Assembly (NCBI GenBank): GCA_040218735.1
Contig: JAVJQW010000007.1
Coordinates: 217,714-281,713 of the forward strand
Direction: 5' to 3'
Source: Deltaproteobacteria bacterium
GTDB taxonomy: Bacteria > Myxococcota > Kuafuiibacteriia > Kuafuiibacteriales > Kuafuiibacteriaceae
DNA length: 64,000 nucleotides
Shown in pieces: positions 1 through 10,614 of this stretch. The notes beneath the pieces were generated by a model that was not told the origin of the DNA, searched no databases, and saw only the letters and a list, made by a program, of their open reading frames with translations. The position numbers and the translations under genes were made by a program. Within the stretch, counting starts at the first letter, position 1. The number at the start of each line of letters is the position of its first letter.

Positions 1-2238
1 GCGCTGCGCATCACGGTCCTTCACCTCGACGATCACTTCGATGCGCCCGCGGGTCTTCGCGCCGATGAGGGCGTCGAAGAGCCGGTGACGGCGCGCCTCG
101 ACGTCGACGACGACTTGGTCCTTGGCGATTCGCCAACGCTTCAGCTCGTCGCGCGTCGGACGGCGCGCGCCGGTGAGCTTCGCGAGGGTGGCGGGGACGA
201 GCAGGATCATGCGCGTCCCCACGCCGAGGCGTGCGTGGAGGTCGAGGCGCATCCGTCGCGGGCGATCGAACGCGCCGCCGAACTCGAACGGGAAGCGGAA
301 GAAGCCGCCGCCTCCGCCGTCCATCGACGCGCTCAGGTCCGGGACGTTGAAGTTGCGCCATACGACGCCGTTCTTCCCGCGGACGAAGTCGACGTAGTCG
401 TTCCACGTCGCGCCGGAGCCGAGCGCCGGTTCCTCCTCGCAGCGCGACCTCAGCGTCGCGACGAAGCAGTAGTGTCCGGGCCCCGGGATCTGGCTCGCCG
501 GCCACGTCACCGGTCCGAGGATGCGAGGGCCAGGGGCATCGACGTCCTCCGGGCCGACCTCGCCGATCGGCTTCCAGTTGCCCGGGTCGGGGAGCGTCGA
601 GACCTCCGACCAGTAGATCTTACCGCGCACGTCGTACGCCGGCACCGTGCCGCGGTTGAACACCCGCAGGAACATGTGGTGGTCGACGTTCGGATCCACC
701 GACCCGCCGACGTATGCGTTCTCGTTGCCGCTCCCCGCGCCCCAGGACGCCTCCGGATCCACGGGCACCGAAGTCGCGTAGAGGATGTCGGGGCTCGACG
801 ACAGCGGACCCGAGTGCGCGATGCCGATGTCCGTCACGTTGTCCCGCGCGTACGCGTCGCCCAGCTCGTACGTCGGGAACTGGTTTGCGATGATCGCGCC
901 GAGGTTCGGCTGCACGCCGATCTTCGGGAACGGCCACGCCGTGGAGCCGACCGCCGCCGTGTTGAGCGTCGGGTCGGACAGCAGCGTGCGAAGCTGCGAC
1001 GGTGAGTACGGCACGCCGTCGAACGCCTTCTTGATCGACTGCAGCGCCACCGCGACGCCACCGATGATCGAAGACGCCGATGACGTCCCCTGGAACTCGG
1101 CGGTGTTCCAGGTCATGCCGTTGTGCGCCGACGCCTCGACGCCCAGCGCCCACGAGAACACCGTGACCCGCGCGCCGTAGTTGGAGTCCTGCCACTGATG
1201 GAGCGGCACGACGTCGAAGGTCGTCGGGTCGAGCCAACCCGAGCCGCCCACGATGATCGCCTTCGAGTCCGCGTGCCCCGCGGTCGGGTGCAGCACCGGC
1301 GCTCCGCCGAACGTGAGCCAGTCCAGATCGTCGCCCTCGTTGCCGGCCGCCTCCACGACGATGATCCCGAGCCCCGTCAGCGACACGATCGCGGCGTAGA
1401 CACTCGGGTCCATCTCCACCGGCCCACCGTTGATGACCAGCGCGAGCGGGATGACGACCACGTCGCCGGGTTGCAGCGTCGACGCCGCGGCGGTCATCGC
1501 GGCGACCATCGCCGACTCCGAGGTCACCGTCGCGGCGCGCGGGTTCGAGACCTGCGGAGCGACACCCACGGCGTAGCTGCCGTCGACCTGCGCGAAGCCC
1601 GTCCCCGCGGCCTGCGTGCCGTGGTCGCCGCTGGTGGTTCCGGAGGTCGCGAACCCGGTGAGGAACGAGAAGTGTGACAGGTCCGGGTGTCCGCCTCCGG
1701 ACTCCAGCCCCTGCCAACCGCCCGCGTCGAGGACGAGGCACTGCGCGCCTTCGCCCAGCCCGCCGGGGACACACCAGGCCGTGTACGCGTCCACGCCCGC
1801 GTCCGGCGCGGCCGGTTTGAGGTGCACCTGGTTCGCGAGGACGGTGTCCGAGAATGGTATCGGCAGCGCCGCCGGTTTCAGGCCCTCCTGCGCGAACGCC
1901 TGTGCGACCAAGGAGTCGTTGCGGATGACGTCGACGATGTCGTCGAGGTTGCGGTCGGTCGCGACGTCGAAGATCGCGTAGCGCGCGACGCGCGTCGTGG
2001 CTTCGATGACGTCGAGGGGGGCGCCGGCGGCTTGGCGGGGCGACTGCCGTATGCGTTGGCGCGCGAGGTCGCGCATCGCCTTCACTTCGTCGCGGTTCTC
2101 GACCAGGAACGTTCCGCTCAGGACGCCGTACGGCTTCAGCTTCTGGACGAGGCGATCGATCACCTCCCGGAGCCCTTGCTCCTCGTTCGGGTCGTCCACC
2201 TCGCGCAGCAACGCGGCGACCGCCGTTCCCTTCACCAT
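1..2238 (-). CDS. S8 (subtilisin-like) serine peptidase with N-terminal pro-region and C-terminal beta-rich domain; 3' end runs off the window
   Basis: Absent from the ORF track because there is no stop in the window. Manual translation from ATG 2238 (GGAGGGGGAG SD upstream) gives LVLDAG, DHGTQAAG, EAAGN and FQGTSSAS (Asp/His/Asn/Ser catalytic motifs), then GHYCFVA..WRNFNV. Confidence 0.85.
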   Translation of the reverse strand, partial: MVKGTAVAALLREVDDPNEEQGLREVIDRLVQKLKPYGVLSGTFLVENRDEVKAMRDLARQRIRQSPRQAAGAPLDVIEATTRVARYAIFDVATDRNLDDIVDVIRNDSLVAQAFAQEGLKPAALPIPFSDTVLANQVHLKPAAPDAGVDAYTAWCVPGGLGEGAQCLVLDAGGWQGLESGGGHPDLSHFSFLTGFATSGTTSGDHGTQAAGTGFAQVDGSYAVGVAPQVSNPRAATVTSESAMVAAMTAAASTLQPGDVVVIPLALVINGGPVEMDPSVYAAIVSLTGLGIIVVEAAGNEGDDLDWLTFGGAPVLHPTAGHADSKAIIVGGSGWLDPTTFDVVPLHQWQDSNYGARVTVFSWALGVEASAHNGMTWNTAEFQGTSSASSIIGGVAVALQSIKKAFDGVPYSPSQLRTLLSDPTLNTAAVGSTAWPFPKIGVQPNLGAIIANQFPTYELGDAYARDNVTDIGIAHSGPLSSSPDILYATSVPVDPEASWGAGSGNENAYVGGSVDPNVDHHMFLRVFNRGTVPAYDVRGKIYWSEVSTLPDPGNWKPIGEVGPEDVDAPGPRILGPVTWPASQIPGPGHYCFVATLRSRCEEEPALGSGATWNDYVDFVRGKNGVVWRNFNVPDLSASMDGGGGGFFRFPFEFGGAFDRPRRMRLDLHARLGVGTRMILLVPATLAKLTGARRPTRDELKRWRIAKDQVVVDVEARRHRLFDALIGAKTRGRIEVIVEVKDRDAQR

Positions 2239-2411
2239 CGCTCCCCCTCCGCGGACGAGGTTGTGGCGTCCGCGCGGCGCGGAGAATACGCGAGCCTCCC
2301 CGTGCGCGCAAAACGGTGAGCGACGCCCGAAGTACGCCGCGCGGGGCGAATTCTGCCTCGACCGATCGCCGGGTTTCGTTCGCGTCCCGCGCGCCGTAGC
2401 GTCCCGGCGTC

Positions 2412-4184
2412 ATGCGTGTGCCGGCCTCGATCCTCCTCGCGACGCTCGCCACTTGGGCCGGCGAAGCCCGCGCCGAGCCGCGCGTCGTCGCCGTCCTCTA
2501 CTTCGACAACAACACCGGCAAGGCCGACTACGACGTCCTGCAAAAGGGGCTCGCGGACATGATGGTCACGGACCTGTCGTCGGTGGCGGGGCTGCAGGTG
2601 GTGGAGCGCGACAAGTTGGAGTCGTTGCTCGGTGAGCTCGCTCTGCAGAAGTCGAAGTACTTCGACGCGAAGACCGCGGTGAAGATCGGGCGCGGCCTCG
2701 GCGCGAAGTTCGCAGTGACCGGCGCGCTCGCTGCGATCGATCCGCAGATGCGCATCGACATCCGGATGGTCGAGATCGCGACGGGGAAGATCGTCGTCGC
2801 GGACAAGGTCGTGGGCAACAAGGACAAACTCTTCGAGCTGCAGGCGGAGCTCGTCGAGCGCTTCGTCGCCGGGCTCGAGGTGAAGGCGCCGCCGCGCCGG
2901 AAGGTGGGCGGGGTGCCGAACGTCGAGTCGTTGCTCGAGTACAGCAAGAGCGTCGACCTCGCCGACCAGGGCGACGTCGCGAGCGCGACCGCGCGCATGA
3001 AGGCGCTCGTTCGTAAACACCCGACGTTCGTCCTCGCGCGCGCGAAACAAGCCGAGATGGTGAAGCGCCTCGCCGCCGCGAAGGAGAAGCGCACGCAGGC
3101 GATCCAGCAGAGCGGCATGTCGCTCGAGCGCCGCGCCTCCGCGCACCTCGAGAGCAACGCGCTCCCGCTCGACGACGAGATGAAGGCGCGTCACCACCTG
3201 ATGTATCGCGTGGTGCTCGGGTGGTTCCTCGCGCGTGCGCTCGATCCCCACGTCGCGGCGACGAACGTTCGGTACGTCATCCCCGGCCACGAAGCGGCGG
3301 TCGAACGCATCATGGGCGCGCTCCGCGTGAACGCGGAGAAACTCATCGAGGAGGAGGACCGCTACGCGAAGAAGTTCACGAAGAAGCTCTCCACCGGGCA
3401 GATGCACCTCAACACCGACGTGCGCCTCCCGCAGGAGCTCTACGCGGAGGCGCAGAAGTTCGGCGTCCCGGCCTACTCGAACGTGTCACCGGTGACGGCG
3501 CGTAAGGCGCTCGCGTCGTTGCTGTTGTTCGGCGCCGTGCACGACGGCAAGGATCGTCACGTCATCGCGCCGGTCCCGGCGACGCTGCACCCCGAGCTGG
3601 AGAAACAGGGCTTCGCTGCGCTCGAGGCGGCGTACCGCCTCGGCAAGGCGGCGCTGACGGCGCAACCTCACTTGCAGTACGAAGTGATCGACACGATGTC
3701 CTCCCACGCCGACGCGCTCCTCGCGCGCGAGCGCACCGAGGAGGCGATCGGGAAGCTCCAGCAGATCCTCGACGAGTTCCCGACGTCGCCGCAGTACGCG
3801 CGCGTCGAGAAGCGCATCCAGGTCGAGCTCGGGATGGCCTACGACCACTACCGCTCGCGCTACGCCGGGTTCGTGAAGGCGTTCGAGACCTGCGAGGACA
3901 TGGAGTTTCGGAAGGGCTTCGACAGCTACCTCGGCGGCCGTGTTGCGCTGTACGGGCGCGCCGCGGTCGAGGACACCGTGGCGCGCATCGAGAAGGCCTG
4001 CCGGAGCAACGGGAAGCTGCGGGATCATTTCTGGGCGTTTGTGTACATTCACGCCGGCCTGTACGGCGGGACGCGCGGGGACTGCGCGTTGTTCGAGTCG
4101 ATGGCGAAGAAATACCTCGCGGCGAACGGGTCCCCGACGGACCTGGCGGGGTACCGCAAGAACTACCTGAAGAAGTGCAAGTGA
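2412..4184 (+). CDS. Exported CsgG/HfaB (TolB-N/FlgO-like) domain protein with TPR-like helical C-terminus
   Basis: Signal peptide (ARA-EP), VAVLYFDN..GLADMMVTDL..QVVER..A.KIG..LGA motif, helical repeats, GC3-biased codons. Confidence 0.75.
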   Translation: MRVPASILLATLATWAGEARAEPRVVAVLYFDNNTGKADYDVLQKGLADMMVTDLSSVAGLQVVERDKLESLLGELALQKSKYFDAKTAVKIGRGLGAKFAVTGALAAIDPQMRIDIRMVEIATGKIVVADKVVGNKDKLFELQAELVERFVAGLEVKAPPRRKVGGVPNVESLLEYSKSVDLADQGDVASATARMKALVRKHPTFVLARAKQAEMVKRLAAAKEKRTQAIQQSGMSLERRASAHLESNALPLDDEMKARHHLMYRVVLGWFLARALDPHVAATNVRYVIPGHEAAVERIMGALRVNAEKLIEEEDRYAKKFTKKLSTGQMHLNTDVRLPQELYAEAQKFGVPAYSNVSPVTARKALASLLLFGAVHDGKDRHVIAPVPATLHPELEKQGFAALEAAYRLGKAALTAQPHLQYEVIDTMSSHADALLARERTEEAIGKLQQILDEFPTSPQYARVEKRIQVELGMAYDHYRSRYAGFVKAFETCEDMEFRKGFDSYLGGRVALYGRAAVEDTVARIEKACRSNGKLRDHFWAFVYIHAGLYGGTRGDCALFESMAKKYLAANGSPTDLAGYRKNYLKKCK

Positions 4185-4186
4185 GC

Positions 4187-5530
4187 ATGGCAGACGACAA
4201 ACACCTCGAAGAACAGATCCGGCGCCTGGAGACCCTCGCGCCGTCGTTCGGTCGCGCGCGCCCGGACATCGACGCCATCTGCTCCCGCGGACGCGCCGCG
4301 GACTACCGCGGCGTCCTGCAGAACACCCGGCTCGTCGTGGAGACGCTGCTTCGCGCGATCTACGCGAAGAAGAAGCAGACGCCCGGCAAACAGACGCTGG
4401 AGCAGCTCCTCAACAAACTCAAGGACGAGCTGCCCACGAACATCCAGGTTCACACGCGGACGATTCAGGCGTGGGGCAACGTCGGCGCGCACGATCACTC
4501 CGAGGATCTGTTCGGCCAGGGCGTGGAGTTCTCCCGCGACGAGGCGCTCGCGAGCCTCAACTCGCTGATCGTCGTGTTGGAGTGGTACCTCGCCGCGCAC
4601 CTCGACGGCGGGGCTTCGGTGCCGCAGCCGCCGGCGTCCGCGTCGGGGCCCGCGAAGCCGGCGGCGCCCTCGTCGGGCGGCGGTTCGAAGATGGTCGCGA
4701 TCGCCGGAGGTGTGGTGGTGCTCGCGGTGGCCGGCGCCGTCGCCTTGAACCTGATGGGCGGCGATCCGGACCCGGTCGAAGAGAAGGTCGACCTCGCGTC
4801 GCTCGACCGGGCCTACGACGCCGCGAAACAGCCGGCGCCACCCGCGACGTGCCGCACGAAGTCCGCGGCCGAGGCGAAGAACCTCGTCCAGGCGATGGGG
4901 CTCCTCGCCGACGGTCGTTCGCGTGGCGCGCGCGCCGAGGACGACCAGGCGCGCAAGCTGCTCGAGCCGCACGCCGAGCAGAGCCCGTCCGCCGAGCTGT
5001 GGGGGGTGCTCGCGCGCGCGCGGCTGTACACCGGCGCCGACTCCGCGTTGGTGCTCGACGCGGTCGACCACGCGACGAAGGTCTGTCCGAGCTGGGCGGA
5101 GCCGCACAACCTGAAAGGCAACTTGCACGTGGTCGAAAACGATCTCGACGCGGCGAAGAACGCGTACCTGCGCGCGGCGAAGGCGGCGCCGCATTACTTG
5201 GCGCCGCGGTTCAACCTGGGGCTCGTGCTGCTGAAGTCCGGCGCGACGAAGGAAGCGATCGCGGAGCTCGACGCGGTGATCTCGCAGGACCCGGACTTCG
5301 ACGTCGCCTACGGCGCACGCGGCCGCGCGCGGTTGGTCGACCAACAGACCGACGCGGCGATCGCGGATCTCGAGGAGGCGCTCCGCCGCAACCCGAAGGA
5401 CGGCGCCACCGCGATGGTCCTCGGGCAGGCGCTGCGTCAGAAGGGCGAAGCCGAGAAGTCCAACGTCTACTTCTGTCAGGCGAGCCGGCTCGGCGTCCCC
5501 GGTGCGGAGTCGCTCTGCAGCACCGAGTGA
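4187..5530 (+). CDS. DUF4145 (HEPN-like) domain - transmembrane helix - TPR protein
   Basis: N-terminal RLVVETLL...TIQAWGNVGAH motif; hydrophobic segment VAIAGGVVVLAVAGAVAL; clear TPRs (HNLKGNL, RFNLGLVL, AYGARGRA). ATG lies 2 nt after the upstream stop (GTG 4181 is an alternative start). Confidence 0.7.
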   Translation: MADDKHLEEQIRRLETLAPSFGRARPDIDAICSRGRAADYRGVLQNTRLVVETLLRAIYAKKKQTPGKQTLEQLLNKLKDELPTNIQVHTRTIQAWGNVGAHDHSEDLFGQGVEFSRDEALASLNSLIVVLEWYLAAHLDGGASVPQPPASASGPAKPAAPSSGGGSKMVAIAGGVVVLAVAGAVALNLMGGDPDPVEEKVDLASLDRAYDAAKQPAPPATCRTKSAAEAKNLVQAMGLLADGRSRGARAEDDQARKLLEPHAEQSPSAELWGVLARARLYTGADSALVLDAVDHATKVCPSWAEPHNLKGNLHVVENDLDAAKNAYLRAAKAAPHYLAPRFNLGLVLLKSGATKEAIAELDAVISQDPDFDVAYGARGRARLVDQQTDAAIADLEEALRRNPKDGATAMVLGQALRQKGEAEKSNVYFCQASRLGVPGAESLCSTE

Positions 5531-5531
5531 G

Positions 5532-6359
5532 TCACTCGGCGATCGTGCACCAGTCCGGGAACGTGTTCGCCGGGAGGCCGTCCGCGTAGGGAGAGGGCTC
5601 GCCGCGGACGTGGTCGCGGAGGAACGGCCACACCATGTCGGGCATCGGCGGGAGCTGGTGCCCGAAGTCACCTTCGCAGTGGACGATGAAGCTGCCGTCG
5701 TTGCGCAGGCCGTTCGAGAGTTGGCGGGTGCGGTCGGCGAAGTCGAAGCCGCCGCAGCACACGTCGGAGTCGCCGCCCCACACCAACATGCCGGGGAGCG
5801 CGCGCTCGGGGGTGTCGTAGTCGCCGATCAAGCCGCCGGAGAGCGGCGCGAACGCGGCGATGTGCCCGGCGCGGTGTTGCACGAGCTCGCTGATGAACAG
5901 CGCGCCCATGCTGTGGCCGGTGACCCAGACGCGGTCGAGGTCCACGTCGTGCTCGGACGTGAGGCACGCGAGCACGTCGTCGAAGAGCCGGATGTCGACG
6001 TTGTCGGCGGCGGGCGCGCTCTGGTCCCACATCGCGCCGGAGCCGGCGGCGGTGAACGGCGAGATCACCCAGACGTTGTCGGTGGCGCTGATGCCGGTCA
6101 GGCCGGTCCAGTCGATCGCTTGGTCCGGTTCGCCGCCGAGCCAGTGCCACGTGAAGATTACCGGTGCGCCGTCGGGGGTCTGCGGAACCCGCGCGAGGAA
6201 GCGGCGGTCTTCGCCGGAGGAGGAGATGGTGTTCTCGCCGCTGACGAAGGTCGGGCAGTCGCCCTCGAACTTCGGAGGGTCGGGCGTCGGGCCGTCGCGG
6301 TTCTCGGTGCCGCCACACGCGACGAGGCTCGCGAAGATGAAGAGGCGCGCCCGCATCAC
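5532..6359 (-). CDS. Lipoprotein alpha/beta-hydrolase (PHB-depolymerase/LpqC-like esterase)
   Basis: Lipobox LVAC, nucleophile elbow GHSMG, D (GDSD) and H (FGHQ) candidates. Confidence 0.8.
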   Translation of the reverse strand: MMRARLFIFASLVACGGTENRDGPTPDPPKFEGDCPTFVSGENTISSSGEDRRFLARVPQTPDGAPVIFTWHWLGGEPDQAIDWTGLTGISATDNVWVISPFTAAGSGAMWDQSAPAADNVDIRLFDDVLACLTSEHDVDLDRVWVTGHSMGALFISELVQHRAGHIAAFAPLSGGLIGDYDTPERALPGMLVWGGDSDVCCGGFDFADRTRQLSNGLRNDGSFIVHCEGDFGHQLPPMPDMVWPFLRDHVRGEPSPYADGLPANTFPDWCTIAE

Positions 6360-7048
6360 TGCATCAGCTGGGTGAGGTCGACCTGCGCGAGCGAGAAGTC
6401 GGGCTGCGCGGCGACGACCTTCTTCAGCTCGGCCTTCGCCGTCTTCTTGTCGCCGCGGTCCTTGGCGTCGAGCGCCTTCGCGTAGGTGAGGGCGGTCTTC
6501 ATCGGGAGCTTCTTCGGGCGCTTGGTGGTCTTCTTCTTCTTGCGGCGCTTCGGCGCGGCCTTCACCTCGAGCTGCGTGTCGAGGACGGTCGCGAGCTCAC
6601 CCACGAGCTTCTGCTCCAGATCCATGAACGTGTCGGGCGCGCCGTTCGTGCCGACCGACTTGATGATCTTGCCGGTCTCCACCTCGACGACGCGCGCGTC
6701 GATCCGGAGCATCCCCATCACGTCGAAGTACCCGCCGAGGACCATGTACCGCGCGCCGAGGAGCTTGCCGACCTTCGCGGCGGTCTTCTTGTCGATCGAC
6801 TTGGAGCGGCCGAGCTTCAGCTCGTCGAGGATCTCCTGCAGGCGATCGCGCTCCACGATCTGGTACGCCTCGCTCCCAGAGAGATCCGAGATCAACATCT
6901 GCGCGAGCCCCTTCTTCAGGAGGCCCATCTGATCGTCTTTGCCCTGGTAGTCGAAGTAGAGAATCGCGACGGTGGGTTTCGTCGCGGCCCGGGCCACCGA
7001 CGGCGCCGCGAACGTGAGCGCGGCCAGGAGCAGGAGCGGTTTCCTCAC
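6356..7048 (-). CDS. Exported CsgG/HfaB (TolB-N-like) domain protein, paralog of 2412-4184
   Basis: Signal peptide; VAILYFD..GLAQMLISDL..QIVERDRL..TAAKVGKLLGA. Confidence 0.75.
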   Translation of the reverse strand: MRKPLLLLAALTFAAPSVARAATKPTVAILYFDYQGKDDQMGLLKKGLAQMLISDLSGSEAYQIVERDRLQEILDELKLGRSKSIDKKTAAKVGKLLGARYMVLGGYFDVMGMLRIDARVVEVETGKIIKSVGTNGAPDTFMDLEQKLVGELATVLDTQLEVKAAPKRRKKKKTTKRPKKLPMKTALTYAKALDAKDRGDKKTAKAELKKVVAAQPDFSLAQVDLTQLMQ

Positions 7049-8381
7049 TCGCGCACCTTACCGATCTTGGCGTCCGCGGTGAATCGCAGAAGGGCCGGGC
7101 GCATCGGATCCGCGACCGTGTCGTCGATCACCAGCACAAACGGCTCGATCGCGGTGTGCCCGGGCTGGGTCGAGAGCTTCCAGTACAAGACGCCCGCGAA
7201 GAAGTCCTCGTAGTCGGGCGCCACGTCCGCGAGCGCGTGCACGGCCACCGCGCGCTCGTCGGGGGCCTCGGGGCGCTCCGGCCAGAGGACGAGCTTCGGG
7301 GTGCCGCCGAGGTAGAGCACGTCGAACACACCACTCGCCCACGGCGCGGAGGTCGCGCCGAGGCACGGCCGGTACCCCAGCTCCGTGAAGAGCACGGGGT
7401 GTCGTTCGAGCTTTCGGGTGCGCCGGAAGGCGGCGATGCCGTCGAGCGCGCGGCGCCACCCCTTGGCGAGCGTCGCGCGGTCGGTCGGGTCGAGCCCCTC
7501 GCGCAGCGGGAAGTACGCGTTGACGCCGATGAGATCGAGGGCGTCCCAGAACCCGACACCGGCGTACTGATCGAAGTTCGCGGCGTAGGTCAGCTTACCC
7601 GGGAACGAGCGGCGCGTTCGTTCGATCAGCGCGCGCCACTTCTTGTCGAGCCGCGCACGGCGCGCGTTGATCGCGGCGATCGGATCCGGCGCGCCGAGGT
7701 GCGCCGTGATCTCGGCCCACTCGCGCCACGCGGCGGACTGATCGCGGAGGTACGCCGCGGCGTCGACGTAGTCCCCCGCGCCGGCGGCGGCGAGGTGACG
7801 CGGTTCGAGCTCTTCGGAGTCGATGACCGCCGCGTGCGAGCGCGCCTGCTCGGTCGGGTCGAGGTAGTAACGTTCGAGATCCGGGATCGTCGTGACGGGT
7901 TGGGTGTTGGTCAGCGCGCTCATCTCACTCGCGATGCCGAGGACGTCGGCGCCCTCGCGCGCGGCGATGCGCGCCCACTTGTCGACGAACTCACCGTAGC
8001 GATCGAACCACGCGTCCAGGTCGTCATCGCGCGGGTGAATCATCCCGTGCCAGAGGAAGCGGTTGCGTGGGTACGCGTGGTCGAGCGCGACGCGGAGGAT
8101 CAACACGACCTTCAGCCCGAGCGTCTTCGCGAGGCGCATCTCCGCCGCGACGGCGCGCTCGTCGCCCCCGAGCCGCAGGCGCGCGGAGTCCCAGTCCTCC
8201 TGCGTCGCGTAGACGGTGAGCTCCACCGTGTCGAACCCCGCGTCCGCGAGCTTCGTCAGCCACACGAGGTGGTCGGGTTCGTTGACCTGGATGCCGCCGA
8301 CGAAACGCTCGGGCTGCGGCGGCGCGGGCTCCGGCGCCTTCTTCGTGCACGCGCCCAGCGCCAGGAGGAGGGCGAGTCGCC

Positions 8382-8385
<4 letters not shown>
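7045..8385 (-). CDS. Lipoprotein glycoside hydrolase, GH113-like TIM barrel
   Basis: Lipobox LGAC; [28 protein letters not shown] and VLFTELGY motifs. Confidence 0.75.
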
Positions 8386-9821
<1,436 letters not shown>

Positions 9822-9873
9822 GGCGCCGACGATTAACCACCCGCATCCCGCGAAACAAGCGTAGGCTCCCGCG

Positions 9874-10593
9874 GTGGCTCCGCGTGGCGTGCTCTTCGAC
9901 AAGGACGGGACCCTGATCGACTTCTTCGCGATGTGGGTCCCCGCGTACGAGGAGGCGGCGCAGCGCGTCGTCGAGCGCATGGGGCGCCCCGAGCTCCTCG
10001 AGCCGATCCTCCGCTCCGGCGGTTACGACGCCGCGACGAAACACGTCACGCCCGGCTCGGTGCTCGCGAGCGGAACCAACCAGGAGGTCGTCGACGCGTG
10101 GGCCACCGCCGCCGGCGACGCCTGGGACGACGCCCTCGCCGCGGTGGTCCACGAGACCTTCCACGCCCACGCCCTGAGGCCCCCGAAGCCCACCGCGGAT
10201 CTGTTCGCGGTGTTCTCGGCGCTCCGCGAGCAGGGCGTCGCGGTCGGCGTCGCGACGATGGACGCCCACGCCTCCGCCGAGGCCGCCCTGACGCAGCTCG
10301 GCGTACGGGGTCTCGTGGACGTGGTGCTCGGGTCCGACGACGTGGAGCACCCCAAACCCGCGCCGGACATGGTCTTGGACTTCGCCCGGGCCGTGAACGT
10401 CGACCCGGCCGAGGTGGTGATGGTCGGTGACTCGCCGATCGACCTGATGATGGGCCGGGCGGCGGGGGTCGCGGCGACCGTCGGCGTGCTCACCGGGCCC
10501 AGTGGTCACGCGGACTTGGCGCCCCACGCGGACCACGTGGTCGCCTCCGTGGCCGCATTCACCGAAGGCGCGTTTTTCTGGCAGACCACCTGA
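9874..10593 (+). CDS. HAD-IA family hydrolase (phosphatase)
   Basis: FDKDGTL motif I, KPAPD, VMVGDS..D. Confidence 0.85.
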   Translation: MAPRGVLFDKDGTLIDFFAMWVPAYEEAAQRVVERMGRPELLEPILRSGGYDAATKHVTPGSVLASGTNQEVVDAWATAAGDAWDDALAAVVHETFHAHALRPPKPTADLFAVFSALREQGVAVGVATMDAHASAEAALTQLGVRGLVDVVLGSDDVEHPKPAPDMVLDFARAVNVDPAEVVMVGDSPIDLMMGRAAGVAATVGVLTGPSGHADLAPHADHVVASVAAFTEGAFFWQTT

Positions 10594-10614
10594 CAGGCTG
10601 GGGTCCAACCCCAC

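Noticed and set aside
620-2452. 610-aa minus-strand ORF, plus ORFs 11-505 and 85-1005
   Set aside because: Arg/Gly/Pro-rich off-frame or antisense shadows of the S8 protease frame
2412-7048. Curli biogenesis locus
   Set aside because: No curlin repeats or csgE/F-like genes; the domain is the widespread TolB-N/CsgG-like fold
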